A stretch of DNA of 62,896 nt, counting the filler, from Nitrospinota bacterium (GTDB lineage: Bacteria; JADFOP01): assembly GCA_022562795.1 (NCBI GenBank). It is 5 parts of 5 records of this genome, joined end to end, with 100 filler letters (N's around TTAATTAATTAA, not from the genome) between each part and the next. Parts side by side here need not be neighbours in the genome. Positions count along the whole stretch, not along the records: positions 24,013 to 30,054 come from JADFOP010000067.1; positions 30,155 to 52,792 come from JADFOP010000037.1; 3 more parts are not named here. One strand, given 5' to 3'. This document shows, piece after piece, positions 26,286-38,427 of this stretch (within the stretch, counting starts at the first letter, position 1; the number at the start of each line of letters is the position of its first letter). The notes below the pieces were generated by a model. It had not been told where the DNA came from, did no database searches, and saw only the letters and a program-made list of their open reading frames with translations. The translations under genes and the position numbers were made by a program.

Positions 26286-27450
26286 GTGCAGAGGGTTCTT
26301 GTAACAGGCGGAGCAGGTTACCTGGGCTCCATATTATCTCGGCGGCTCGTGGACAAAGGCTACGAAGTCTTGTGTCTCGACCGGCTCTATTTCGGAGATA
26401 AGCCCGTGGCCTTGCTTCTCGGCCACCCGAACTTCCAGCTCGTCCAAGCCAATATCGTCGACATCGCCGACCACGCCGAGCTCATGGAGGGCGTGGACGC
26501 CGTCATCCACCTGGCGGGCCTGGCCTACGACCCGTCTTGCGACCTCGACCCAGCAACGCTGAATATCGACCCGGAGGCCATAGAGGCGGCGATCACCGAA
26601 CGAACCAAGGCCATCATTCCCGTCCATATGGCCGGCTTTCCCTGCGACCTCGACCGGATTCACGCCGTGGCCCAAGGCCACGGACTAGCCGTGGTCGAAG
26701 ATGCGGCCCACGCCCTAGGGGCGCAATACAAGGGCGAGAAGATCGGGGCGATCAGCGAATTCACCTGCTTTAGCTTCTACCCTGTTAAGAACATCACCAC
26801 CATCGAGGGAGGTGCGTTGGCCACAAACAACGCCGAGTGGGCCGAGACAGCCCGCCTCTACAGCCTCCACGGGATAAGCCGAGACGCCTGGAAGCGATAC
26901 CAGCCCGGGGGCTCCCTTCATTGGGAGGCTCTTGGCGCCGGGGTTCAAGTACAACATGTCCGATATCCAGGCCTCATTGGGCATCCACCAGCTTCCCAGG
27001 CTCGACTCATTCATCGCCACGAGGCGCCGCCACGCGGAGCGATACCGGGAGGCCTTTGCCGCCCTGCCCGAGATCGAGACGTTTTTTCAGGAGGCCAACG
27101 GCGTCCTTCACGCCCACCACCTATTCATCATCGCCCTCAGTGACGGAATGCTTAATATCGACAGGGACGGCCTGATGGAAGCCCTCAAGGCAGAAAACAT
27201 CGCGACGGGCGTACACTTTCGCTCGCTCCACATCCAGCCCTACTACCGGGAAACCTTCGGCTATCGCCCAGAGGACTTTCCCCGCGCCCTGGACTTAAAC
27301 AACCGGATCCTCTCCCTCCCCCTCTACCCGACCATGACGTACCAAGACGTCGAGGACGTCATCAGGGCGGTCACAAAGCTCGTCCGCTTCTACCGGAGTG
27401 CGAAGCCCTCAAGGGTAGAGAGGTGTAAAAAGGAGAGGGTGGCCCAATGA
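26286..27450 (+). pseudogene. Chimeric NAD-dependent epimerase::DegT/DnrJ aminotransferase pseudogene
   Basis: VLVTGGAGYLGS...HLAGLAYDPSCDLDP joined to ATLNIDPEAIEAAITERTKAIIPVH...EDAAHA...SFYPVKN; one extra G near 26934 before APGFKYNMSD. Confidence 0.85.
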
Positions 27451-27517
27451 AAAAACCCGCCCCCGCGCGCGGCGGGAGCGGGCTAGGCAGGCGCCCGCCT
27501 CTCAAGGAGGCGGTCGA

Positions 27518-28138
27518 TTACTTGTTGTTCGTCGCGAAGACGACGTGCCAGAGGTCTAGTTTCTTAATCTGGTAGCAATTGTCGATGGCCAGGTCGGCGG
27601 TCTCGGCCAAGTCCGACAATTTGATGTCTGACCTCCAGCCTAGGAATCGGCAGGCTGGAGCCACCCACCTCTCAAGCGTCCCGATCACCTTGTTCTTCTC
27701 GTTTTGAAAATGGTTGACGATTACGAGGTTTCCTTCGGGCTTCAGCACACGCTTCATCTCGCTGATGGTGCGTACCGGGTCGGGAACGACCGAAATTACG
27801 AAGGTCGCCAGGACGTGGTCGAAGCTGTTATCGGCGAAAGAGAGTTGCTGGGCGTCCATCTCAAGGAGGTTTACTTGCGTGAGAGCGAGCTCCTCGACCT
27901 TGCGCCTGGCCTTGGCTAGCATATTGCCGGAGAGGTCGATGCCGATGACTTCGCAGTCCTTCGGATAGAGGGGCAATGTGAGGCCGGTGCCCACGCCCAC
28001 ATCGAGCACACGTTGGCCGGACCGAATGTTCATGGCCTCGATGACGTGCTTCTGGCGTGGGCTGAAAAACCACTTGAAGACGTAATCGTAGATATTCGAC
28101 CACGCGGAGTAAGTTTTCTTAATCTTCTCAACGTTCAT
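27518..28138 (-). CDS. Class I SAM methyltransferase (phospholipid N-methyltransferase PmtA-like)
   Basis: VLDVGVGTGL, GIDLS, MDAQQL, VISVVPDP, IVNHF. Confidence 0.8.
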   Translation of the reverse strand: MNVEKIKKTYSAWSNIYDYVFKWFFSPRQKHVIEAMNIRSGQRVLDVGVGTGLTLPLYPKDCEVIGIDLSGNMLAKARRKVEELALTQVNLLEMDAQQLSFADNSFDHVLATFVISVVPDPVRTISEMKRVLKPEGNLVIVNHFQNEKNKVIGTLERWVAPACRFLGWRSDIKLSDLAETADLAIDNCYQIKKLDLWHVVFATNNK

Positions 28139-28387
28139 CGCGCACTCCGTCTTCAGGCTCCGTCAGGCGACAAAACGCAGCACTCTCGAAACGAGAACGA
28201 TGCTATCGTATATGGACAGACTATTAAAGAAACCCAGGTGCGCCTTCGTGGAACTTGTCTTCCGCTGAAGGGGTTTCGGTACTTCCACGCGGGACGTTAC
28301 CATACCATCAGCATTTTTGCAACGTTTTTTTTGGCGCCCTTGTCACGGAGCTCTGAGGTGGTTTATTATGTAACGCCGAGAGGGATT

Positions 28388-28942
28388 ATGGGCGACAACG
28401 ACGCGAGAGTTGAGCGGCTAGACCCGTACGAGACTTACGGGCTCCAGCGCATCCCGAAAAGCCGGGCCGAGTCCTTAGAAGCGCTCCAGGCCGAGTTTCA
28501 CCGCGAGATCGCACGCCGAGCTGGAGCGTACGGGAGCCGGCTCGCAGAGCTCTTCGAAGCCCTCGAGGGGGCTCGGCAAACCTTCGAGGCGGGCCTTGGG
28601 GAGCTGGTGGATTCCGTTCTAAGAAGGCTCGGTCCTCAGGCCGCCCGGTGGTCTTGGGGCGAGCTCATCGCCGGCATCGAGGCGCTTCCCCCGAAGCGAG
28701 GGGCGACGCTGGCCCAAGGCGTGCGGGCCGTCGAGCGGTCCGCCGAGCTCCACGTGGGACTGAGGGCTCAGGCGGAGGGTGTCCGCCACCACCTCATCAT
28801 CCACCGCGAGGCGATGGGTTTCCGCCGCCACCACCTGGTCGATGAGAAGTTCCCGCTCCCGGCGGCTCTGCCGCAGGTTGAGGCGGCCTGGCGCCAAGCC
28901 CGCGCCGGGCTGAAGGAGAGCAGGCCCAAAGTATCGATATAG
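28388..28942 (+). CDS. Hypothetical protein
   Basis: ATG 28388 with GAGGG RBS; helical; C-terminal LIIHREAMGF. Confidence 0.6.
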   Translation: MGDNDARVERLDPYETYGLQRIPKSRAESLEALQAEFHREIARRAGAYGSRLAELFEALEGARQTFEAGLGELVDSVLRRLGPQAARWSWGELIAGIEALPPKRGATLAQGVRAVERSAELHVGLRAQAEGVRHHLIIHREAMGFRRHHLVDEKFPLPAALPQVEAAWRQARAGLKESRPKVSI

Positions 28943-28945
28943 CGC

Positions 28946-29019
28946 TCCCCGGTCGTCCAATGGCAGGACCCCAGACTTTGGATCTGGTGATGGAGGTTCG
29001 AATCCTCCCCGGGGATCCA
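28946..29019 (+). tRNA. tRNA-Gln(TTG)
   Basis: CT-TTG-GA loop, GGTTCGAATCC, CCA end. Confidence 0.96.
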
Positions 29020-29144
29020 GGTCCATTATAGAGTCTATATATCTTTGGCTGAAGGGGACGAAGCAGGGGGTTTTCCAACTCTAAGCACCGCCCCCTGTTT
29101 ATTTCCGAGAGACACCTCGCCGGCCCCTCGCAGCTCAAAAAAAC

Positions 29145-29173
29145 TTGCCAAATTACACCGCCTGTACTATTAT
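29145..29173 (+). promoter_or_regulatory. Sigma70-type promoter of cspA with a long 5' UTR
   Basis: TTGCCA-N17-TATTAT. Confidence 0.65.
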
Positions 29174-29315
29174 AGGGGTAGCAGGAGATAGACTTGGTAG
29201 GAACGATAGGGACGACAGACCACCGCACAGGCGTCTGTTGTGAGCCGTGCGGTTTATTTATCGCCCGCCGGTCCGTCTCGTGAGCAAAATCCAACGAGGG
29301 GAGGTGAGCGGCAGG

Positions 29316-29522
29316 ATGGAGAAAGGACGAGTAAAATGGTTCAACGAGAGCAAGGGCTTTGGCTTCATCGAGCGTGAGGACGGGCCGGACGTCTTCGTCC
29401 ATTTCTCGGCAATCCAGGGTGAGGGCTATAAGTCTCTGGCCGAAGGCCAGGCCGTGGAGTTCGAGGTAATCGAAGACACAAAGGGCTTAAAAGCCATCAA
29501 CGTGGCGAAGGTCGCCGAGTAA
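29316..29522 (+). CDS. cspA: Cold-shock protein
   Basis: [15 protein letters not shown] (RNP1) and DVFVHFSAI (RNP2). Confidence 0.96.
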   Translation: MEKGRVKWFNESKGFGFIEREDGPDVFVHFSAIQGEGYKSLAEGQAVEFEVIEDTKGLKAINVAKVAE

Positions 29523-29532
29523 GAGAAATCGA

Positions 29533-29563
29533 GACCCCCGTCGGGCATCCCGGCGGGGGTTTT
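29533..29563 (+). terminator. Intrinsic terminator of cspA
   Basis: ACCCCCGTCGGG-CAT-CCCGGCGGGGGT followed by T run. Confidence 0.85.
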
Positions 29564-29586
29564 CATATCTGCAATCATCCGCCCCG

Positions 29587-29620
29587 TATTCGGAAAATCG
29601 CGGAAAATCGCGGAAAATCG
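29587..29620. repeat. Tandem 10-mer array (CGCGGAAAAT)n
   Basis: TATTCGGAAAATCGCGGAAAATCGCGGAAAATCG. Confidence 0.85.
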
Positions 29621-29736
29621 GGCCGTCAGGGAGCTTGAACGGTCAATGGGGCAATCTCCCCTATTTGTGAATAACATGGGCTGGACGACCTGCAGGGACA
29701 TGTGATTTACCCCTATCCGTGGGTTTTCTCATCCGT

Positions 29737-29917
29737 GTAGTCGGGCCGACTCCGCCTAAGGCGGACTTGCGACCCAGCCCCCTTGGGGGCTTGCCCCACT
29801 GCCTGCAGCACCCCGACACCAACAAACCCTGTAGGGACAGGGCCGACCAAAGGTCGCTTGCGACTCCCTGTCCGCAAAGAAAACCCGGACAGCCTAAATC
29901 CGCCTCAGGCGGACTAC
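29737..29917. repeat. REP cluster
   Basis: Family B and A units with embedded TCCGCCTNAGGCGGA. Confidence 0.85.
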
Positions 29918-29924
29918 ATTTTTA

Positions 29925-30003
29925 AATATAAAAAAACAGGCGGGCCTGTCGTCACGCACTTCCCGTACTTCCTTTACTTCCCGAATGGGGAGCGATTTTT
30001 TTG
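29925..30003 (-). promoter_or_regulatory. Second copy of the virion-operon leader motif
   Basis: 62/67 identity to 11171-11237; ACGACA-N16-TATATT on the minus strand. Confidence 0.55.
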
Positions 30004-30054
30004 CTTGATCCGATGGTTTTGGGGGGAATCCCGCGTAGGGACAGGGCGGCCAAG

Positions 30055-30154
30055 NNNNNNNNNNNNNNNNNNNNNNNNNNNNNNNNNNNNNNNNNNNNTT
30101 AATTAATTAANNNNNNNNNNNNNNNNNNNNNNNNNNNNNNNNNNNNNNNNNNNN
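30055..30154. other. Artificial contig linker
   Basis: N44-TTAATTAATTAA-N44. Confidence 0.99.
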
Positions 30155-30657
30155 GCTGCCTCGGCGTAGAGGAAGTGGGCGGCGTAGCGCTTGCGGTCGG
30201 CGATGCCCTTTAGGACCTTCTCCTGGCTCTTGGGCCCGAAGCCGGGCAGCGCCACAAGGCGGTTCTCGTGGCAGGCGTACTCGAGCTCACGCAGCGTCGT
30301 TATGCCGAGCTCGTCGTAGATGGCTCGAACCTTGCGCGGGCCCAGGTGCGGAATATCGAGCAGCCCGAAGAGCCCTTCGGGGAGAGAGGCGCGCAGCTCC
30401 TCGTAGGCGGGCAGCCTCCCGGTGGTGACCAGCGTGGTGACCTTCTCCGTGATGGCCTTCCCGAAGCCCTTGAGCTCCCCGAGCCGACCCGAGGCCACCA
30501 GGTCTTCGACGGGCTCGGCAGTGGCCGCCAGGGTGCGGGCGGCGTTGGCGTAGGCCCGGACCTTGAAGGGGTTCTCCCCCTTCAGCTCCAGGATGACGGC
30601 CATCTCCTCCAGTACTGCCACCACCTGGTCTTTGTCCACTCCAGGAGCCTGGGCCAC
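30155..30657 (-). CDS. polX: DNA polymerase X family (PolX/PHP), N-terminal part, cut by contig end
   Basis: LELKGENPFKVRAYANAAR, IPHLGPRKV, LPGFGPKSQEKVL. Confidence 0.9.
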
Positions 30658-30692
30658 AATATCAACCTACTGCACGGGTATCTGCCTGCCCA

Positions 30693-31064
30693 TCACCGGC
30701 CTGCCTCTAGCGCTACCTCGTAGATTAATTCCGAGAGCCTCGGATGCTCGCCGATGGCCGGTAGAATCTCGATCTGCAGCCCGGGAAAGGAGGCCATCGC
30801 CTCCTCGGCTTGGGCGGGGATATCGTGAGCCACATGCCCGCCGCCTGCCATAAACAGGGGCAGAAGACGTATGCTCTCCACACCGTTTTTCACGGACTCG
30901 GCGGCCACATCCATCAAGGTGGGCGAGGCGACCTCCATATGGGCCAAGCGCACCCCGTCGGGGCCCAGCTTCTCCTTGAGGGCGGTCTCGAGCTTCTCGA
31001 AGGGCTCGATCCAGCGCGGATCGCGGCTGCCGTGGGTGAAAATGACCAGCAAGGGTCGCGTCAC
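30693..31064 (-). CDS. Short CbiX/SirB-type chelatase
   Basis: HGSRDPRW, PLFMAGGGHVAHDIP, AIGEHP. Confidence 0.85.
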   Translation of the reverse strand: MTRPLLVIFTHGSRDPRWIEPFEKLETALKEKLGPDGVRLAHMEVASPTLMDVAAESVKNGVESIRLLPLFMAGGGHVAHDIPAQAEEAMASFPGLQIEILPAIGEHPRLSELIYEVALEAGR

Positions 31065-31115
31065 ACCAATTCCTCCAACATGTAAGCCGCGCCCGTCCTA
31101 TGGAAACCGTCTCCG

Positions 31116-31676
31116 CTACCGAGGACTGCCGGGATGTTTGGTTGGCTGCGGCTCAGGCGCCGATGCCGGCTCAGTTGCAAGCCGAACGTAAATTGAAAAC
31201 GGAGTGGCCGTCACATCGCCCAGACGGCGCCCCGTGGTGTCTTTGGCCGTAAGGATGACATCCCGCTTCTGGTTGAAGGTCCGCTCGTCGAGAGAATAGA
31301 GGAGCCGGCCGAGGCGTGCGAGGACCTCATCCCGGCGGGAGGCGTCGAGCTTAGTCCACCAGGGCCCCAGACGAACCTCCATCCAGAGCACCTTCTCTTG
31401 GCTGAAGAGGCGGATGACGCGCGCCTCCAGAGTCGGGGGCCCGTTCTCCCCAGCCGGCTCGACAATAGAGGCGACGGTCTCCCGAGCGGAGCGGCGGAAC
31501 TCGGCCTCAAGCGACGAGAGGGACTCATCGGTCACAGGGTAAGCAGGGTTGATAATGGGCAGGTTGGGCACCACTGAGACCGGCGCCTCGGGCGGAGGCA
31601 CGCGGTGGCTGCACGAGACGGCCAAAACCAGAGGCGCCAAAAGTATGGACCAGCGCCACACGACGTCCTCCCTCAT
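31116..31676 (-). CDS. Putative lipoprotein
   Basis: Signal peptide with lipobox LAVSC. Confidence 0.6.
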   Translation of the reverse strand: MREDVVWRWSILLAPLVLAVSCSHRVPPPEAPVSVVPNLPIINPAYPVTDESLSSLEAEFRRSARETVASIVEPAGENGPPTLEARVIRLFSQEKVLWMEVRLGPWWTKLDASRRDEVLARLGRLLYSLDERTFNQKRDVILTAKDTTGRRLGDVTATPFSIYVRLATEPASAPEPQPTKHPGSPR

Positions 31677-31861
31677 AAAGATACAAACTTAAGGTTACTT
31701 AGTCTACAATGGCCAGCAGGCGGTGTCCACTCGCCCGCCGGGGCTTCTTCGGGCGTCCATATCTCCCAGACCTTAATCCAACCGTTTCCCTAGCGGCAAG
31801 CCAACGGCGTGCTGGACTAGGCTACCCCTCTTCGATATAGTAAAGAGCCTCAGGCTCAGGC

Positions 31862-31955
31862 GGGAGCGAATGGGGCCCGGTGGCTCCCCTGGACTTCAAA
31901 TCCAGTGTGGCGTCGAGAGGCGTCAGGTGGGTTCGACTCCCACACGCTTCCGCCA
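31862..31955 (+). tRNA. selC: tRNA-Sec(TCA)
   Basis: CT-TCA-AA loop, long variable arm, extended acceptor and D stems, GCCA end. Confidence 0.93.
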
Positions 31956-32119
31956 TAACTCTTTGTAGCTAAATGTGTTGGATGCGTGGGATGCCGGGAG
32001 GAAGGGTTCCTGCGGGTCTAAACAGGCGTGTTGACAGGAGCCGATGGTTGAGAGGTTAGGTTCCAATCAATTTGATCAGTTTGTCGACGCTTGCTTTCCC
32101 ATCACCAAAAATCATCATC
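31895..32119 (+). repeat. Left direct repeat (attL-like), 225 bp
   Basis: Identical to 45909-46133 except for 2 substitutions. Confidence 0.95.
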
Positions 32120-32203
32120 TGCCTCCTCACCGCCCTGGTGGTCAACATCAAGCGGTGGTTCAACCTCATCCAGGCCCGGGCCCCAACCCTGAGCCCTGCG
32201 TAG
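32120..32203 (+). pseudogene. Possible transposase C-terminal remnant (IS1182/IS5-like)
   Basis: CLLTALVVNIKRWFNLIQARAPTLSPA* begins exactly at the repeat end. Confidence 0.5.
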
Positions 32204-32317
32204 GCTCCGCCGATGAAGGGAAAGAAGAAAAAGAATCGAGGAAGTAAATGAGAGGGGAAGACTGACCAGATTCATAAACCTTAAGAATCCTGCCTGAAAA
32301 TCCCACTTGTCCCGCCC

Positions 32318-33136
32318 TTAGCCGGAGGATTCTTTGCGGTCAAATATGACAGCCCGAACGGTTTCGCACACGTGCTGTACGACTGCGGTCACTTCCTCCA
32401 TACGCCGCCCCAACAGGCGCATCGTGACCCCGCATTCAGCCGGCAGCTGACTGGCCCCTCCAAGGACAACTGCTGCGTCGGACACCAGGTTCTGGAGCGT
32501 GGCCGCCAGCTCCGGTGCGTGGCTAGAAGGGGTCAGGATGTGCACGATCCCAAGGATGTCGTAGGGGCCCATTAGTCCCGGGGCCGTAGGCGTTGCGTCA
32601 TGGGGGCTGATGTAGTTGTGATCGGCGAACAGGAGGGAGCCTTCCAGGTCGTGAGCCTCCACCCTAGAAGAGTAGAGTGCGTAGGCATGCCGCTCATCCC
32701 TAGCGATGCGGCCTGAACAGATCGTCTCGGCAAAGATCAGCGTGGAGGAGGGATCGGCCTCGAGGGTGACCGACTCGACAAATCGGGCATCGCGGAATGG
32801 AATCACCGGACCGGGGACGTATTCCAGGTAAGACTCCGCCTCGGTTCGCAGATGCACGTGCTGTGTGGCTGTCTCACCCGTGGAGCGGTAGATTTTGGTG
32901 GCAGCTGGCGTAGTCATCCGGACCTGGGTCCCCTCGTCAGCCCGAACCCCGATGGTGAACCGGTCCCCTTGTACGACCCCTCCGCTGGAAGACAACACGT
33001 AGACCGTAGCCATCCCAGGCATGGCGGGATCGGCGTAGATGGGCACCTGAACCTTGAGGGGCGCGCGGTGCTCTTGCTCCACAATACAGGTCCGGCCCGC
33101 TCTAAGAGCGAGGGTGAGACTGAGGGCGCCGTCCAT
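32318..33136 (-). CDS. ureD: Urease accessory protein UreD
   Basis: SSGGVVQGD, TTPAATKIYRS, YLEYVP.PVIPF, GRIARDE. Confidence 0.92.
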   Translation of the reverse strand: MDGALSLTLALRAGRTCIVEQEHRAPLKVQVPIYADPAMPGMATVYVLSSSGGVVQGDRFTIGVRADEGTQVRMTTPAATKIYRSTGETATQHVHLRTEAESYLEYVPGPVIPFRDARFVESVTLEADPSSTLIFAETICSGRIARDERHAYALYSSRVEAHDLEGSLLFADHNYISPHDATPTAPGLMGPYDILGIVHILTPSSHAPELAATLQNLVSDAAVVLGGASQLPAECGVTMRLLGRRMEEVTAVVQHVCETVRAVIFDRKESSG

Positions 33137-33789
33137 TACTTAGGCTCAGTTTCTGGAGGGTGGACGGGCCAGTCCTGAAAGAGGACCTCGCGCCGAATCA
33201 GGGCTACGACGTCGTCGATCCCCTCGCCCGTCTTGCAGTTGGTAAACAGAAAAGGCTTTTCTCCACGGTAGCGGAGAGAATCGGCTTCCATGACGGCAAG
33301 GCTTGCTCCCACGTAGGGCGCCAGGTCGATTTTGTTGATGACGAGGAGGTCAGACTGGGTGATGGCTGGTCCTCGTTTGCGGGGGATCTTATCGCCGGCG
33401 GCCACGTCGATGACGTAGATGTAATAATCAGCCAGCATAGGGCTGAAGGTCAGGGTCAGGTTGTCGCCGCCGCTCTCCAGGAATACGAGGTCGGTATCCG
33501 GGAAGCGGGTCTCCATCTCCTCAAGGGCGGCCAGGTTCATTGTTGGATCCTCCCGCACGGCGGTGTGCGGGCAGGCGCCGGTCTCCACCCCCAGGATCCG
33601 GTCTGGATCGAGGATGCCCTCCAGAGTCCGCTTCACGTGGAGGGCGTCCTCGATGGTCACCACATCGTTGGTCACCACAATGATCTTGGTGCCATCGGCC
33701 ACGAGCCGAGGGACTAGGGCCTCGATGAGGGCCGTCTTGCCGGACCCTACAGGGCCGCCTATGCCAATGCGAGGAATCGATTTCGTCAT
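33136..33789 (-). CDS. ureG: Urease accessory GTPase UreG
   Basis: [33 protein letters not shown]. Confidence 0.97.
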   Translation of the reverse strand: MTKSIPRIGIGGPVGSGKTALIEALVPRLVADGTKIIVVTNDVVTIEDALHVKRTLEGILDPDRILGVETGACPHTAVREDPTMNLAALEEMETRFPDTDLVFLESGGDNLTLTFSPMLADYYIYVIDVAAGDKIPRKRGPAITQSDLLVINKIDLAPYVGASLAVMEADSLRYRGEKPFLFTNCKTGEGIDDVVALIRREVLFQDWPVHPPETEPK

Positions 33790-33800
33790 TTTGTGCCCTC

Positions 33801-34547
33801 TCAGCTGATGAAGAGCCGAACGTGCGCCTGTTCATGGCGCATTGCCATGATGTCGATAAGGGGCGTCCAGCTTCTCATTTCCTCCAGGGGTGTATCGACA
33901 TGGGCGTCTACGACCCGAATGAGATGCGGGCGGAGACGAGCCAAAATGCTCTGGGCCTGGACGTGGTCAACGCGAATGAGCCGCATGGACACGCCCAGCA
34001 AGCCCACGGCAAAGGCGTAGAGCGCCGCCAACGTCGCCTCCCGTGGGGGGACGGCTAGGGCCGCCGCCGTCGCGGCGTAGGCAATGGCCGCGTTGCCTGG
34101 AGCTTCCCCCTCCTCCACAGCGTCCATGTAGGCTTGGAGGATGGGCTGATGGGCTAACGAGAGGGCAGTAGCGAGAACCCGCTTGCCGATGCGCATGGCC
34201 GCCTCGCGGGCCTCCCGGGTGAGTTTGACTGCGGTAAGACGACGGTCGACCTGGCACAGGGCAGTCAAGTCTTCTAAAAGGGCGGCGCGATGAGCATGGA
34301 CAATGGCAACCCCATCAGCGGGGCCGACCAGGTGCTCTACGTAGGTGTGGAGGAGAGGTTCCAGGTCTTCGGCTTTTGTCACGAGGCCGTGCTGGACAAA
34401 GGTCTCCAATCCGTGGGAGAGAGTGTAAAGACCCGAAGGGAAAAACGAATCGGCCAGCTGCAACACCCCGAGGAAGCCGAGGTCGGTGGAGAGGCCTTGG
34501 GAAGCCTCACTGCTTCCGCCACTATTGGCCTTACCCTTCAAGGTCAT
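33801..34547 (-). CDS. ureF: Urease accessory protein UreF
   Basis: [20 protein letters not shown] ... [11 protein letters not shown]; start moved to ATG 34547. Confidence 0.93.
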   Translation of the reverse strand: MTLKGKANSGGSSEASQGLSTDLGFLGVLQLADSFFPSGLYTLSHGLETFVQHGLVTKAEDLEPLLHTYVEHLVGPADGVAIVHAHRAALLEDLTALCQVDRRLTAVKLTREAREAAMRIGKRVLATALSLAHQPILQAYMDAVEEGEAPGNAAIAYAATAAALAVPPREATLAALYAFAVGLLGVSMRLIRVDHVQAQSILARLRPHLIRVVDAHVDTPLEEMRSWTPLIDIMAMRHEQAHVRLFIS

Positions 34548-35139
34548 GGCTGTGGGGATGCGAATGGGGGTGGTCATGGTGATGGTCGTGGTGCTTTGGC
34601 TGCAGAGGAGGGATTGCGCCGACAGCATGTTCCTCGAAGGCATAGTCGATCCCTTGGAGGTCGTAGGTTCTGAGGACCGCCTCAACCACCTCTTTGTCGA
34701 CGGCCACAGGGACGAAGAGGTCCCGACCCTTAACCATAACCGGCCAATGTTGATTTCCCAGAATGTGGCCGACCCGGACGGCTACCTCAATAATCTCTTC
34801 TTCCGACGCCGACGGCAGGAGGGTGATTCGCAAGACCTCTTCGGGCTTAAGGCGGACGACAATCATCCGTGACCCATCTTGCTCAAGGAAAAGGACGTCG
34901 CCGTCCCGTAGGAAGGTGCCGCGCTCCAAGCTGATCCCCAGACTCTCTCCCTTGTCGGTGGTGGCGCGAAAGCGCCTTTTCTGGGCATCATGCGCCGTCA
35001 GCCTCACCGTCTCCACCCTGCCTGCCGCTAGGCACTTTCGATGTAGAGCCTCCAGGCTGGCATCCTCTGCCAAGTTCCCGAGGAGCTTATCGACGACCAG
35101 CATTGGTTGCATCTCTTGAAACCGCTGTGGGTTCGACAT
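34531..35139 (-). CDS. ureE: Urease accessory protein UreE
   Basis: LRDGDVL, GHILGNQHWP, His-rich tail. Confidence 0.92.
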   Translation of the reverse strand: MSNPQRFQEMQPMLVVDKLLGNLAEDASLEALHRKCLAAGRVETVRLTAHDAQKRRFRATTDKGESLGISLERGTFLRDGDVLFLEQDGSRMIVVRLKPEEVLRITLLPSASEEEIIEVAVRVGHILGNQHWPVMVKGRDLFVPVAVDKEVVEAVLRTYDLQGIDYAFEEHAVGAIPPLQPKHHDHHHDHPHSHPHSHDLEG

Positions 35140-35160
35140 CAGACTCCATGATGGTCGTCC

Positions 35161-35871
35161 TCATAGGCGAAATAGGCCTTGAACAATGCCGACGTTTGTC
35201 AAGATGAAGAAACCGTAGGCAACGCTGGCCATACCGGTCCCCACCCGAAGCCATCGGTGGATGGGCGCATGGCTCTCCACCGTAATGAGAAAAGGAAGGC
35301 CAATCGCGGTGCTGACACACACCATTCCCAGAATAGAGCCCGCGCCGAAAATCAAGATATACAAAAGGCCCCAGAGAGGTGTGGGGATGGTGGCAAGCAC
35401 CAAGAGCATCAAGGCGGCGCTCCCCGCCATGCCGTGGACCATGCCCACGAGAAGGGATCTCCCGTGGTGGGCCGACCAGTGTTCGTGGTCATGATCCTCC
35501 CCGCCCGCATGTGAGTGGAAATGGAGGTGAGTGACACCGTCGTGTTGGTGAGCGTGGGCGTGAACCTTGCCGGTGATGTAGCCCTTGACGACGGAGACGC
35601 CGAGGGCCACAAGGACCACCCCCACGGCGAATTCCATGTAGAGGGCGATGTACTGTGGGATAGTGATCTTGAACACGATGACGAGGAGCCCTACAAGGAA
35701 GAGGGCCGTGGTGTGACCCAGGCCCCAGAAGACCCCAGCGGTGGAGGCCCGCCGCAGGGTGCGGTGCTGGCTGACGAGGGTCGAGACAGCGATTACGTGG
35801 TCGGCCTCGAGGGCATGGACAAGGCCCAAGAGGAAACCCATCGACAAGGTCGTTAGCAGGGTCGGACCCAC
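35161..35871 (-). CDS. ureH: UreH-like nickel transporter/accessory membrane protein
   Basis: HALEADH, WGLGHT, His-rich loop, GMVHGMAGS. Confidence 0.82.
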   Translation of the reverse strand: MGPTLLTTLSMGFLLGLVHALEADHVIAVSTLVSQHRTLRRASTAGVFWGLGHTTALFLVGLLVIVFKITIPQYIALYMEFAVGVVLVALGVSVVKGYITGKVHAHAHQHDGVTHLHFHSHAGGEDHDHEHWSAHHGRSLLVGMVHGMAGSAALMLLVLATIPTPLWGLLYILIFGAGSILGMVCVSTAIGLPFLITVESHAPIHRWLRVGTGMASVAYGFFILTNVGIVQGLFRL

Positions 35872-35897
35872 GTTTTCTCCTTCAGCCGAATCGGCCT

Positions 35898-37616
<1,719 letters not shown>

Positions 37617-37617
37617 A

Positions 37618-38013
37618 TTATGCCCCCTTGTAACCCTGTTCTCGTGCCTTCGACAAGGCGCGGTCACGAACAGAGGCCTCCCTGACGTCGCCGTCCGTCA
37701 GGCTGTTCAAACCGTAGATTTTCTTCATGCCTGCGAGCTCCACCAGGACCACCATACGCTCTTCCCCAGGCTCGAAACGAGTGCTGGTCCCTGATGGTAT
37801 GTTCAGGCGCATACCGAGGGCCTTCTCTCGATCGAACCTTAGGGCCTGATTTACCTCGAAGAAGTGGAAGTGGGCGCCTATCTGGACAGGCCGGTCCCCT
37901 GTGTTGGCCACTAGAAGTTCCTCTGTCCTGCGACCCTCGTTGACCACAATGTCGCCGTCGGCGGGAATGATCTCTCCAGGGACCAGGGGGGTAAGAGACG
38001 ATGAGCCGGACAT
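37618..38013 (-). CDS. ureB: Urease beta subunit
   Basis: [24 protein letters not shown]. Confidence 0.97.
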   Translation of the reverse strand: MSGSSSLTPLVPGEIIPADGDIVVNEGRRTEELLVANTGDRPVQIGAHFHFFEVNQALRFDREKALGMRLNIPSGTSTRFEPGEERMVVLVELAGMKKIYGLNSLTDGDVREASVRDRALSKAREQGYKGA

Positions 38014-38027
38014 CGCAAGACTCCCTC

Positions 38028-38330
38028 CTATTTTATGGGTTCATGAACGGTAACCAGCTTCGTGCCGTCGGGAAAGGTGGCTTCGACTTGGACCTCATCT
38101 ATCATCTCGGCCACTCCATCCATGACGTCATCGCGGGATAAGATTGTAGTCCCTGCTTGCATCAACTCGACAACGGAACGTCCATCGCGGGCACCCTCCA
38201 CCATGGCGGATGAAATGACCGCGACCGCTTCAGGATAGTTTAGCTTAAGGCCCCTTTGTCGTCGAGCCTTTGCCACCTCCGCCGCCATGTATACTAATAG
38301 CTTTTCTTGCTCCCGGGGAGTGAGGTGCAT
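38028..38330 (-). CDS. ureA: Urease gamma subunit
   Basis: [31 protein letters not shown]. Confidence 0.98.
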   Translation of the reverse strand: MHLTPREQEKLLVYMAAEVAKARRQRGLKLNYPEAVAVISSAMVEGARDGRSVVELMQAGTTILSRDDVMDGVAEMIDEVQVEATFPDGTKLVTVHEPIK

Positions 38331-38427
38331 GCTATCTTCCCTCCTTTCCTGACGGTGAAACCTTAGGGTTGGGATCCTCCTTTGCCGCCCTGCCGCCCGA
38401 GGTCCCCACCTTCCTGCCCTGCATGCG

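Noticed and set aside
29666-29674. DnaA box TTATTCACA
   Set aside because: Single box with no cluster or origin context.
29426-29701. 91-aa minus-strand ORF
   Set aside because: Runs through the 10-mer repeat, the cspA terminator and antisense cspA; not protein-like.
32044-32247. 67-aa ORF after selC
   Set aside because: Antisense of the duplicated pntB tail fused to an out-of-frame IS-like remnant.
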